Counted from the stretch's first letter, positions 7,111 to 18,000 are shown. The stretch is DNA of 32,000 bases from Lutibacter sp. (GCA_002733665.1 NVWM01000005.1:11727-43726); one strand, 5' to 3'. Program-made: numbers and translations. Notes: generated from the sequence alone by a model not told the origin.

Positions 7111-7127
7111 AACTTAAAGTATATTTC

Positions 7128-7319
7128 TTAGATTACTTTTACGTTTACCGCATTTAATCCTTTGTTTCCTTCTTGTAATTCAAATTCTACTTTGTCACCT
7201 TCATTAATCTCATCGATTAATCCTGAAATGTGTACGAAGTGGTCTTTTTCAACTCCTTCTTCTGTGATAAAACCGAATCCTTTAGATTGGTTGAAAAATT
7301 TTACTGTTCCTGTATTCAT
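7128..7319 (-). CDS. Cold-shock protein (CspA family, CSD)
   Basis: 63 aa. MNTGTVKFFNQSKGFGFITEEG...HFVHISGL carries the RNP1 (KGFGFI) and RNP2 (VHISG-like) motifs. A candidate -7 box lies on the minus strand (plus-strand caaaaata at 7357-7364). Confidence 0.92.
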   Translation of the reverse strand: MNTGTVKFFNQSKGFGFITEEGVEKDHFVHISGLIDEINEGDKVEFELQEGNKGLNAVNVKVI

Positions 7320-7863
7320 CTTAATGTAATTTAATTTAAAATATTTATTTATTTTGCAAAAATAGGATTATTTTTTGACATATAACAATTTAATCAACTT
7401 CTTTTTAATATATTATAAATTATAGTCATTAGAGATTACTTTTTAGATTACGCACACATCACACTTCCTACTAAGTTCCTTAGACATAGAGCATTGCGTT
7501 TAAATTAATTTCAACTAATTTTTACCATATAGCCTATGTAATGCACGTTGGTTAATTTAATTGATGTGCTTTATATTTTTTTTTACACTAATTATACATA
7601 GATAAGCATGAGTTACATCTTAATTATTACAATTTTTATTTTTGAATTTTAATATCTTCCTGCAAATGAATATTAACTGAAATAACTATTTAATATTCTC
7701 ATTTCATATTAATCAATATCAGCTGATATAAAATATCAAACTAGTACTTATTAGTTGATTTTTGTTTTATATATTCGCATGTACATAGTAATATCAGCAA
7801 GGAAATATTTAAACTGGTTATGAGTAAATCTTCACCATAACTATTAATTGATTTTTTTATAAT

Positions 7864-8826
7864 ATGGATAGTATAGTCACAATTAATTCTAAATTTATAG
7901 AAAATCATACTGATTTTAATCAGTTAGTTTTAGAATTAAAAAATGCATTTATGACCAATGAAATATTAGTCCCAATGCGTCATCATCACGATTTCCCTAA
8001 TCCGAAAGTAGCAACAGATTCGACATTATTATTAATGCCTGCATGGAACCCAAGTAAAAATGCTGGTGTAAAGATTGTCACTGTAAGTCCAGAAAACGGG
8101 CAATTCGACTTACCATCTATTAACGGAACATATATATACTTAGATGCCGTTAAAGGAACTGTTAAAGCGCTGTTAGAAGCAAAAAACCTAACTACCAAAC
8201 GAACTGCAGCAACTTCTGCATTGGCATCTTCATTTTTGTCAAACAAAAATGCTTCTTCTCTTTTAATGATTGGTACTGGAGCACTTTCAACTAATCTAAT
8301 AAAAGCACACGCTTCAGTTAGGCCTATAAAAGAAGTGTATCTTTGGGGAAGAAATTTTGATAAAGCACAAAAAATATGCGAGCAACTTGAAAATGAAAAT
8401 TTCAGCTGTACTCCTATCAAAACAATTGAAGAAAAAATTAATACAGTTGATATAATTTCTTGCGCTACATTATCAAAAGAACCTTTAGTTTTAGGCAGAT
8501 TATTAAAGTCTGGGCAACATATTGATTTAGTAGGCGCTTACAAAAAAGATATGCGTGAAGCAGATGATGAAACTATTTTGAAATCATCTATATTTCTTGA
8601 CACTTTTCAAGGTGGATTAAAAGAAAGTGGTGATATCGCTATTCCAATACAAAATGGAATTCTAAAAGAAAAAGACATTAAAGCTGATTTATTTGAATTG
8701 TGTTCAAATAAGAAAAAAGGAAGAACTTCTATTGATGAAATTACTGTTTTTAAATCAGTTGGACATGCATTAGAAGACCTAACAGCAGCAAATTATTATT
8801 ACAAAAAATATACTGAAAATGTCTAA
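7864..8826 (+). CDS. Ornithine cyclodeaminase/mu-crystallin family protein; predicted delta1-pyrroline-2-carboxylate reductase by context
   Basis: 320 aa with a Rossmann GxGxxS motif (MIGTGALSTNLIKAH) and OCD-family length and architecture. Its 3' end overlaps the downstream proline-racemase-family gene by 8 nt. Confidence 0.75.
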   Translation: MDSIVTINSKFIENHTDFNQLVLELKNAFMTNEILVPMRHHHDFPNPKVATDSTLLLMPAWNPSKNAGVKIVTVSPENGQFDLPSINGTYIYLDAVKGTVKALLEAKNLTTKRTAATSALASSFLSNKNASSLLMIGTGALSTNLIKAHASVRPIKEVYLWGRNFDKAQKICEQLENENFSCTPIKTIEEKINTVDIISCATLSKEPLVLGRLLKSGQHIDLVGAYKKDMREADDETILKSSIFLDTFQGGLKESGDIAIPIQNGILKEKDIKADLFELCSNKKKGRTSIDEITVFKSVGHALEDLTAANYYYKKYTENV

Positions 8827-9889
8827 AAACACCTATCAAAATATTTTAAAAAAAACTTCCTTTACGCCACCAAAAAGTTGGTTGAAAATACAAACTATTG
8901 ATATGCATACAGGTGGAGAACCATTGCGTGTGATAGTAGATGGTTTTCCAGAATTGAAAGGTAATTCCGTATTGGATTACAGAAGATATTGCAAAGAAAA
9001 TTATGATGAATTACGAACAGCATTGATGTTTGAGCCTCGTGGTCATGCAGATATGTATGGTTGTATTTTAACTCCACCAAACGATGATGGTGGTGACTTT
9101 GGAATTTTGTTTTTGCATAATGAAGGCTATTCTACTATGTGTGGACACGCAATAATTGCTATTTCTACACTTGCTATTGAAATGAACTGGATTGAAGTTA
9201 AAGATGGCGATAATATTTTAAAAATTGATGCTCCTTGCGGAAGAATCACCTCTTTTGCAAATGTCTTAAACGGAAAAGTTACTGGAGTACGTTTTCATTG
9301 TGTTCCAAGTTTTGTAGTTGGATTGGATAGAAAAGTTGAAGTAAAAGGATTAGGTACTGTAACATATGATTTAGCCTACGGCGGAGCATTTTATGCGTAT
9401 GTTGATATGGCAAAAAATAATTTTAATTTTGACTTAACTTCAAATTCTTATCGTCAACTCATAAATAAAGGCATGGATATAAAACATGCTGTTATGAAAA
9501 TTGATAAAGAAATTTTACACCCTTTTGAAGGTGATTTGAGTTTTTTATACGGAACTATTTTTATTGATAATAACAGACAAGCATCTGGAGTTGACAGTCG
9601 TAATGTTTGCGTTTTTGCGGAAGGGGAAGTTGACCGTTGCCCAACTGGTTCAGGTGTTTCTGGCAGAATGGCTATCCATAAAGCAAGAAAAGAAATTGAC
9701 TACGGAGAAACCATGACTATTGAAAGTATTACAGATTCTGTTTTTAAAGGTTCTGTTGTTTCTGAGGAAGATTATGGTTCTTTTAAGGCAGTAATTCCTC
9801 AAGTTGAAGGAACAGCATACATTACAGGAATGCAGACTTTTGTGATTGATCCAAATGACCCTATGAAAAGGGGGTTTATACTACGATAA
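8819..9889 (+). CDS. Proline racemase superfamily protein, Cys/Thr type; predicted trans-3-hydroxy-L-proline dehydratase
   Basis: 356 aa. The first catalytic Cys is present (STMCGHA, Cys108). The second catalytic position is Thr (DRCPTGSG, Thr276) where racemases and epimerases have Cys (DRSPCGTG). Confidence 0.8.
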   Translation: MSKNTYQNILKKTSFTPPKSWLKIQTIDMHTGGEPLRVIVDGFPELKGNSVLDYRRYCKENYDELRTALMFEPRGHADMYGCILTPPNDDGGDFGILFLHNEGYSTMCGHAIIAISTLAIEMNWIEVKDGDNILKIDAPCGRITSFANVLNGKVTGVRFHCVPSFVVGLDRKVEVKGLGTVTYDLAYGGAFYAYVDMAKNNFNFDLTSNSYRQLINKGMDIKHAVMKIDKEILHPFEGDLSFLYGTIFIDNNRQASGVDSRNVCVFAEGEVDRCPTGSGVSGRMAIHKARKEIDYGETMTIESITDSVFKGSVVSEEDYGSFKAVIPQVEGTAYITGMQTFVIDPNDPMKRGFILR

Positions 9890-10096
9890 GAAACTCTAGA
9901 TACAATTTTATAAAATAAATTTCAAGAGAGTTATAGTATAAAAAGAGGCTGCCAAACTATCATAACAACCTCTTAAAAAATCAAATACTAAATACTACTA
10001 ACTCAAATATGTGATGATAATTTTCAACTAACTTATTTCAGTATTTGATTGAATTTCAGATAATTCTAATTGTTAATTAATATTAGAATTATTAAC

Positions 10097-13000
10097 TTAT
10101 TCTTGAATAGAAATTAACTTTAGATAATCGTTATTTCTACCTATTAATATTGACGATTTATTTTTAATTAAAATAGATGCCATTTTTTTTACATCTCCTT
10201 TTATATAAACACCACTTTCTTCAAATTCTATAGGCGTAAAACCACCAACTCCATCACCTTTCAAAACCAACCCATAGCCTGCATCATTTCTAGGCGTCTC
10301 TACTTCTGACTGATACATGTTTCCCGCTACTAAAACATCTAGATTTTTATCATTATCAAAATCGTTTATAACAATACTATTAATACTTGAAAATTGTGCT
10401 TTTAATGGAAGTTGGTGTAAAACAAAACTTCCATTTCCTTTGTTTTCAATATAGACACTTGCAAAATTCGTTGCACTATAGTTTAACGCATCAGACAATG
10501 CTTCTTCTCCATATACTTCTGTTAGATTGGCTTTACCAAAACTATCATAATCTGGAAATTTTTCTTTTATAAAAGGCATTTGGTTTGATGTACACTCTCT
10601 TCCTCTTAGCGGATAAAGTTCTCCTTGATTATGATACCCTAAAACAATGTCAAAACTTCCGTTTTCATCAAAGTCATTAGCATAAATATTAAAAGACTCA
10701 TCAGAACTTGCCTTGTACTTATAATTTAACCCTAAATTACCTGCAATAAAATCTTCATCTCCGTCATTATCGAAATCTGCTGCAGCTATACTATTCCACC
10801 ATCCAACACTACTACTTATAGATGTGTTTTTCAATTTTTCAAAAGTGCCATCTCCGTTATTACTAAATATCTCAATACCCATCCATTCTCCAGTAATTAC
10901 TAAATCTTTAGTGCCATCTTGATTGTAATCGCTCCAAACAGCATCAGTAACCATTCCTATTTCCTCTAGTTCTGGGATTAAATTATTTGCAACTTTTACA
11001 AAACGCCCTCTTTTATTTTCTAATAAATAACTTTTGGAAGTAGATGGATAATGACCTGGCATTTGTCTGCCTCCTACAAAAATATCTATATAACCATCAT
11101 TATTATAATCTGAAGCTTCTATGACTCCTCCAGAAATTGAAATTTCTGGCAGTATATTTTTGGAAAGCGAAAAATTTCCTTTTCCATTATTTATATATAA
11201 TCTATCTTGTAATAACTCATTCCCATTTAAATATTCGTTACCTCCACTTACCACGTATAAATCCAAATCTCCATCATTATCAATATCTAAAAATTCTGCA
11301 TCAACATCTTCATGAGCTTTATCCTTTTCCCAGATTAAATTTGAAATACTAGTTAAAAATGTCCCTTGATTAGATTGTATATATAATTTTCCTGAATATC
11401 CATTAGCACCACCAACATAGAAATCTTCTAAACCATCATTATTTACATCTGCAACGGCAAGTGCTGGACCAAATTCAGACATTTTATGAGGCAATAAACT
11501 TTCTCTTTTATAGTCGTCGAATTCATTTTCAATATGCATATAACTAATACCAGAATCAGTTGTATTATTCTCAAATATTGGCTGTAAATTTGCAGGCGTT
11601 GCCAATAATTCACTTGCATTAGAATAGTTTAATACTAACTCTTGATTTGCTTGAATATTTTTTTTGATTTCCTTCTTACCGTCAGACCATTGGATTAGTA
11701 AACTATCAATTTGTTTACTTTTTCCTAATCCAAAATGAATAGCTTCTGATACGGAAGATTGATAACCTCGTGTTAATTGCTGCTCTCTTGTCATTTCTTT
11801 TTCATCTACCCAAAGTGTAATATTTGAACCAATTCCAAGTTTATTATCTTGAGAACCATTAAGCGATATCTTTAAAAAATTATTATCAGTCGTTTGCATT
11901 GCATTATTCCTATAGATAAAAGCAGGCTCATCAATGTTATTTACTACTATGTCCATATCACCATCATTGTCCAAATCGGCATAAGCGGCTCCATTTGAAA
12001 AAGAAGGTTTGCTGAGTTCCCACTCTTTACCAATATTAGAGAATGTTAAATCTCCATTATTTTTGTAGAAATAATTGATAGATGCTCGGCTAGGAGTTTT
12101 GTCTATTAACTCTAAAACCAATGATGGATAATCTTCTTTATTATCATGTGCTGTTTTTACACGTTCTTTTTTAAAGCGATTATAATCATTATTCATAAAA
12201 TCTCTTTTTAAACCATTGGCTATAAAAACATCTAAAAAACCATCATTATCAAAATCTACAAATAAAGGTGCCCAACTCCAATCAGTATTAGAAATATTAG
12301 CTAGATGAGATATTTCGCTAAAAAAGGGCTCATTAGAAACAGAACCGTTATTTAGTTGCAGCGAGTTAAACATGTATTGCCTATGAAAACCATTTTTAAC
12401 TGAATTTTCAAACTTTTCTACGTTCATCCCACTCATACTGGTTTTCATACCATAATTATCTTCTGAAACCATATCAACAGTTAATATATCATTCTTCCCG
12501 TCATTATTAAAATCGGCTATATCTAATCCCATTGAAAAATATGAAATATGCTGAGTACTCGTTTTTATTTTATCTTTAAAACCTTGATGTACACCATCTT
12601 TCACCCCTTGATTTATATACATGTAATCATGTTCTAGAAAATCGTTTGAGACATAAATATCTTGCCAACCATCTCCATTCAAATCACTTGTAACTACTCC
12701 TAATCCACAACTTATAGGGTTAGAAGCGATGCCCATATTTTTAATTTCCTTAAAGAATCCATTATCGTTTTGAAATAATTTATCGCCAACCAATGCGTCA
12801 TATTTCATTTTTAAAACTGGATCTCCATCAGCTTCTTCCAATCTAATACTATGATTTAGTTGATACATATCTAGATCGCCATCATTATCATAATCAAAAA
12901 ATGCAGATTGGGTTGTATACGAACCTGTATTTAAGCCATATTTCTCAGCTTCTTCAGTAAAAGTTAAATCACCATTATTTATATATAGTTCGTTTTCTCT

Positions 13001-13429
13001 CTTTTTTGCTCCAAATTTCCCGGATTTTGAAATATAAATGTCAAGTAAGCCATCATTATTAATATCTACCATAGTAACTCCAGTTGTCCAACCAGATTTC
13101 CCAAACAGACCTGCAGTTTCTGTAATTTCCTCAAATTCAAAATCTCCTTTATTGAGATATAACTTATTTTTATAAATATTAGCTGTAAAATAAATATCTG
13201 GAAGTCCATCATTATTTATATCTCCAACAGCCACACCACCTCCATTATAGAAGTATTCATATTCCATACTGTTCATTTCAACACCTTCAGTAATTACATT
13301 ACTAAAATTAATGTTTGTTTTTTCGGGAGAAAGTAACGTAAAAAGATTTGCGGGTATTTCTGAGTCTTTAGAACTACATCCTATCAAAAGGACTATTGCT
13401 ATAAAAAATAATAATTTATTACTATTCAT
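10097..13429 (-). CDS. FG-GAP/VCBS-repeat + ASPIC/UnbV-domain lipoprotein (CRTAC1-like), PUL-associated
   Basis: Numerous DxDxDGxxD FG-GAP/VCBS Ca-binding repeats (e.g. DINNDGLPDIY, DYDNDGDLDMY, DLDNDGDMDIVV). The central UnbV/ASPIC signature is ITLWVDEKEMTREQQLTRGYQSSVSEAIHFGLGK. I chose the start at ATG 13429, which gives the lipoprotein signal MNSNKLLFFIAIVLLIGC|SS; the track's 13456 start is a TTG. Confidence 0.85.
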   Translation of the reverse strand: MNSNKLLFFIAIVLLIGCSSKDSEIPANLFTLLSPEKTNINFSNVITEGVEMNSMEYEYFYNGGGVAVGDINNDGLPDIYFTANIYKNKLYLNKGDFEFEEITETAGLFGKSGWTTGVTMVDINNDGLLDIYISKSGKFGAKKRENELYINNGDLTFTEEAEKYGLNTGSYTTQSAFFDYDNDGDLDMYQLNHSIRLEEADGDPVLKMKYDALVGDKLFQNDNGFFKEIKNMGIASNPISCGLGVVTSDLNGDGWQDIYVSNDFLEHDYMYINQGVKDGVHQGFKDKIKTSTQHISYFSMGLDIADFNNDGKNDILTVDMVSEDNYGMKTSMSGMNVEKFENSVKNGFHRQYMFNSLQLNNGSVSNEPFFSEISHLANISNTDWSWAPLFVDFDNDGFLDVFIANGLKRDFMNNDYNRFKKERVKTAHDNKEDYPSLVLELIDKTPSRASINYFYKNNGDLTFSNIGKEWELSKPSFSNGAAYADLDNDGDMDIVVNNIDEPAFIYRNNAMQTTDNNFLKISLNGSQDNKLGIGSNITLWVDEKEMTREQQLTRGYQSSVSEAIHFGLGKSKQIDSLLIQWSDGKKEIKKNIQANQELVLNYSNASELLATPANLQPIFENNTTDSGISYMHIENEFDDYKRESLLPHKMSEFGPALAVADVNNDGLEDFYVGGANGYSGKLYIQSNQGTFLTSISNLIWEKDKAHEDVDAEFLDIDNDGDLDLYVVSGGNEYLNGNELLQDRLYINNGKGNFSLSKNILPEISISGGVIEASDYNNDGYIDIFVGGRQMPGHYPSTSKSYLLENKRGRFVKVANNLIPELEEIGMVTDAVWSDYNQDGTKDLVITGEWMGIEIFSNNGDGTFEKLKNTSISSSVGWWNSIAAADFDNDGDEDFIAGNLGLNYKYKASSDESFNIYANDFDENGSFDIVLGYHNQGELYPLRGRECTSNQMPFIKEKFPDYDSFGKANLTEVYGEEALSDALNYSATNFASVYIENKGNGSFVLHQLPLKAQFSSINSIVINDFDNDKNLDVLVAGNMYQSEVETPRNDAGYGLVLKGDGVGGFTPIEFEESGVYIKGDVKKMASILIKNKSSILIGRNNDYLKLISIQE

Positions 13430-13442
13430 TTCTATAAAATTT

Positions 13443-13479
13443 AAAAAACATCCCAACTTTTATAACTACTGTTGGGATG
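13443..13479 (-). terminator. Intrinsic terminator/attenuator between susD-like and FG-GAP genes
   Basis: Perfect 9-bp GC-containing stem catcccaac (13449-13457) / gttgggatg (13471-13479) with a 13-nt loop. The minus-strand transcript continues into U6 (plus-strand A-run 13443-13448), only 14 nt before the FG-GAP ATG. Confidence 0.55.
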
Positions 13480-13511
13480 CTCTTAAATTAATCAAAATAA
13501 TCTAATTTAAA

Positions 13512-15044
13512 CTAATCAATATGAGGATTATTTAATCTTTCACTAGCTGGTATAGGTAGAAAAGCGTCATCTTCAAATACAAAATTACTAGCTCCAATTT
13601 TACCAGAATTTAAAATTGCATCTGTCATAATCGTTTTACCCCAACGTCTCAAATCATAAAATCGTTGACCTTCTAACGCAAATTCAACTGCTCTTTCGTG
13701 CATTATTTGTTCTCGTATTTCTTGTTGATTACCAGCAGTTGTTGAAGGAAGAAATGCTCTAGCTCGAACTTCGTTTATATATGGTATAGGATCTCCAGAT
13801 CCAGATTCGTTTAGAGCCTCAGCATACATTAACAACACATCAGCGTAGCGAATAAGTGGAGTGTTTATATCAGATCTCCAACTATTTGGGTACAACTCAT
13901 CTCTATGTAAGTACTTTTTCCAGCCTGGTTTTGTATTACCAACGCCAAACCAATCTTCGTAACTGCTTCCGTAAATATCTACGTCATCATCATTAAAAAA
14001 TATTGATCCATAACTACGATCGTCAAATTTATTTAATCCTGTAACGGTTCCAATCTCAGAAGATGTTCGTCCTTCATTTTTCATTTCAGAGAGTAGTTTT
14101 TGAGTTGGCAACATTGCTTCCCAACCCCACATTTCACTTGCTGCAAAATTTGGAATACCGGCAAATATTACATTACCTCCGTTTACTTCATTAAAAGTAT
14201 AAGCTATATCAAAAATAGTTTCCTTGTTAAGAACATTAGTAGCCTCATTACTACCATCAAATAGAGAACTAAAATCTACTGCTAACTCATATTCAGCAAG
14301 ACCTATCAAGTCTCCTAATGTTGTTGCTGCACTAGTCCAATCAAGTTGATTTAAATGAGATTTACCAAGAAAAGCCAAAGCAGCTCCTTTTGTTGCTCTT
14401 CCTCTATCCGAATCTGGATAATTGATTGTTAAATTACTCGCTGCTTCAGAAAAATCTTTCTCAATTGCAATCCATGCCTCTTCTCTTGTAGATAACGGTT
14501 GAGCCAATTCATCTCCTGACTGTGGTAAGAAGTCGAATATCACTATTTGTTCCCAATTCATTAAAAGTCTAAAATGGAAATACCCTCTTAAGAATTTCGC
14601 TTCAGCTATTATACGAGTTTTTGCGTCAGAATCAATTTGATCTTCAGTCATAAGACTTACGTTATGAATAACTTGATTTGTAGCGGCTATTCCATCATAA
14701 CTCCTATTCCAATAGGTTTGCATTCTAGTATTATTATCAACTACACTATATGTAGAGAATGCATTCTGGTCTGGATAATTTGCTATAACATCTGCTCCGG
14801 CTTTTGTCATATCTGACCTGAAATTCTCAACTACATAGTTAACTTCTGTATGACTCCATGTTCCACCGTTAAGCCTTTGATAGGCTGTAGTTAATGCTAA
14901 ATTTGCATTTGTTTCACTTTCCCAATAATTGGAAGAGTTTAATTCATCTGGCGATTCTTTAATCAAATCATCCTCGTCACATCCTGTAAAAGTCAATGCT
15001 AAAACTGCCATTGAACAAAATATTATGCTTTTATAATTTTTCAT
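13512..15044 (-). CDS. SusD/RagB family nutrient-binding outer-membrane lipoprotein
   Basis: 510 aa with lipoprotein signal LALTFTGC|DEDD. It has SusD-like motifs (AEAKFLRGYFHFRLLMNW; PLIRYADVLLMYAEALNE; ERAVEFALEGQRFYDLRRWG) and lies immediately downstream of SusC. Confidence 0.93.
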   Translation of the reverse strand: MKNYKSIIFCSMAVLALTFTGCDEDDLIKESPDELNSSNYWESETNANLALTTAYQRLNGGTWSHTEVNYVVENFRSDMTKAGADVIANYPDQNAFSTYSVVDNNTRMQTYWNRSYDGIAATNQVIHNVSLMTEDQIDSDAKTRIIAEAKFLRGYFHFRLLMNWEQIVIFDFLPQSGDELAQPLSTREEAWIAIEKDFSEAASNLTINYPDSDRGRATKGAALAFLGKSHLNQLDWTSAATTLGDLIGLAEYELAVDFSSLFDGSNEATNVLNKETIFDIAYTFNEVNGGNVIFAGIPNFAASEMWGWEAMLPTQKLLSEMKNEGRTSSEIGTVTGLNKFDDRSYGSIFFNDDDVDIYGSSYEDWFGVGNTKPGWKKYLHRDELYPNSWRSDINTPLIRYADVLLMYAEALNESGSGDPIPYINEVRARAFLPSTTAGNQQEIREQIMHERAVEFALEGQRFYDLRRWGKTIMTDAILNSGKIGASNFVFEDDAFLPIPASERLNNPHID

Positions 15045-15056
15045 TTCTCTTTAAAT

Positions 15057-18000
15057 TTAAAAATTAACTTGTACCCCAAATAAAGAGGTCTTAATATTAG
15101 GGTAGCTTACAAAATCGGATCCTGCATTTAACGTACCTCCAATTTCTGGATCAATACCTGAATAATCAGTGATAGTTAAAAGGTTTTGTAAACTTATATA
15201 AAATCTCATCTTACCAATGTTTAAATTATCAGTAATACTTGATGGTAATGTATATCCAAATTGAACATTTCTAAGTCTTAAATAAGAAGCATCCTCTAAA
15301 AATCTATCTGAATTTTTTGAACTGTTTTGATTTGGATCCCCTAAAACTGCTCTTGGGATATTTGTGTCTGTATTTGTTGGAGTCCAGGTATTAAGTCCAG
15401 AAACTAAATAATTTCTATAGTTATCATTCGCTTCATAATTTTGCCTAATAGTATTATAACCTTTTTGTCCAAATGCCCCATAAAACTGAACGTAAGCGTC
15501 AAACCCTTTATAAGATCCTGACAAGTTTAAACCGAGTGTTACTTTAGGTATTCCTGAGCCAGAATATACCAAATCATCATCATTTAATTGACCATCACCA
15601 TTAACATCTTTAAATCTAATATCTCCTGGTGCTGCTAGTGGCTGGATTAAATCACCATTAACATTGTGAGCATCAACTTCTGCTTGGCTTTGAAAAATAC
15701 CATCTGTTTGGTACAACCAGAAACTTCCGATTGGATGGCCTAATTTAGAGATATTTGCTGGGCTACCATCTAGAGTTGTAGCATCACCTGTATAAGTATC
15801 TGTATCCTTGTTAACTTTGGTAAGTTCATTTTTATTATGAGCAAAAACCAGCCCCAAATCGTATTTAAATTCTTTAGAACTATTTTTATAATTAAGTTCA
15901 ACTTCTATTCCTTTATTTTCAACATCTCCACCATTTGTAAAAATAGGATTAAATCCTGATGAATTAGGCGGTATTGCAGGAATAATCATATCCTCGGTAT
16001 TCCTTTGATAATAATTAATAGCTCCTGTAAGTTGATTATCTAAAAGACCAAAATCTAAACCAACATTTATATTAACAGTTGTTTCCCATTGCAATGATGG
16101 ATTTGGAAAATCTCTAAATGTAATTCCTAAAGATTGAAGTTCATTAGTTCCAAATGGATATCTATATCCAGAAACTGTATTAACCGCATAATCATATGCT
16201 CCTAAATTAGATTCACTCCCTAATCTACCCCAAGATGTTCTTAATTTTAAGAAATTAATAGCATCAATATCAAAGAAATCTTCACTACTAATTTTCCATC
16301 CTGCTGCTACAGAAGGAAATACTCCATAACGATTACTTGCTCCAAATCTTGACGACCCGTCTCTTCTAATAGTACCTTGCAAGAAATAACGATTATCATA
16401 ACTATAATTAACACGTCCATAAATAGAGTGTCTAGCAGTTTCCCAACCAGATCCGTAATTATTACGAATACCATCAGATCCTGCATTAAGTGTGTTAAAA
16501 GCCGAATCCAAAAATCCTGTTGAAACTTCTGTTCCATCATCTAATATCTTCTTCCCTTCTACTGATGCTCCAATCCAATTAAGTGAAATATCCTGCTTTG
16601 ATATACCTGCTAACAAACCAATAGTATGTTTCCCAAAAGTATTATCGTAGTTAAGAAAACCTTCATAGTTAGTTTGTAAATACTCACTTCTATATTCTTC
16701 TACATAATGGTATTCCACTTCTCTTTTATTAGAAACGCGATGAGGTCTAATTCTATCATAAGTACTAACATTTGCATTTTCAATTCCAACTCTTCCTGTT
16801 AGTTTAAGTCCTTCTATGATATCAATAGATCCTGAAAAGTTTGTAACTAAATTTCTTTCTTTTCTAGTATTATCATTAAAAGCATCTTCTCCAATTGGAT
16901 TCGTATGATCTGGTACACCATTAAAATCGTCATCAGATATGTAGCCAAAACCTGAATCCTTAGAAGGATCTCTAACTGGTATAATAGGCATCAACTGATA
17001 AGCTCTGTTTAAATTACTTCCAAAAATATTATCATCTGTTTGCACATAATATATATTTGCTCCTAAAGTCACCCTTCCTTTAGTACCATTAACTTTTGCT
17101 CTTACTTGTTGCTTTTTTCTACTTTCACCTTTTAAGATACCATCTCTTTTATTAAGTCCTGCAGAAACCAAAAAATTTAAATCTGATGTACCACCACTAA
17201 CCGTAAGATTATTATTTTGAATAGATCCGTTACCAAATAACTCATCCATCCAATTTGTATTGGTAGAAAATGTGTCATTAATATAAGTTGGTGCAGATCC
17301 TGGTGATGAAGCCTCAATCTTTTTAGCCATTTCTAAATACTGAAATGTATTTGCAAAATCAAGCGTATTATTTATTTGATCTACACCATAATAAGAACTA
17401 TAGTCTATTTTCAACTTACCATCTTTACTTCCAGTTTTTGTTGTAACTAGCACAACACCGTTGGCAGAAAGTGATCCGTATATTGCTGCAGCAGCGCCAT
17501 CTTTTAAAACTTCAATACTTTCTATATCATCAGGGTTTAACAAGTCAAAATTACCTTGAATTCCATCTATAATAATCAATGGCGTATTTCCACCTATAGA
17601 TCTGAAACCTCTAATATTAATTGATGCTCCAGCCCTAGGATTCCCTGAACTTCTTCTAACTACTAACCCTGCAACATTACCTTGCAATCCATCTGCAGCC
17701 GTACTAGTTGCAAATTTTTTAATATCTTCTCCTTTCACAGAAGAAACAGCTCCAGTTAGATCAGATTTCTTTTGAGTACCATAACCTACCACTATTACTT
17801 CATCCAAACTTTCAGGATCTCCCTCTAGAACTATATTAATAACGGTTTGACTTCCCACCTCAATTTCTTTAGATATATGTCCTAAAAACCGAAACACTAA
17901 GGTTACTGTTGTATCTATTAGTTCAATAGAATAGTTCCCATCAAAATCTGTTTGAGTTCCTTTCGTTTCATTCCCTTTAACAACAATAGTTGCTCCTGGG

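Noticed and set aside
10097-13429. The 'RNA-binding protein' reading of the ASPIC/UnbV domain
   Set aside because: That label is a legacy annotation. The protein is a signal-peptide-bearing lipoprotein built of extracellular Ca-binding FG-GAP repeats, so an RNA-binding role is implausible.
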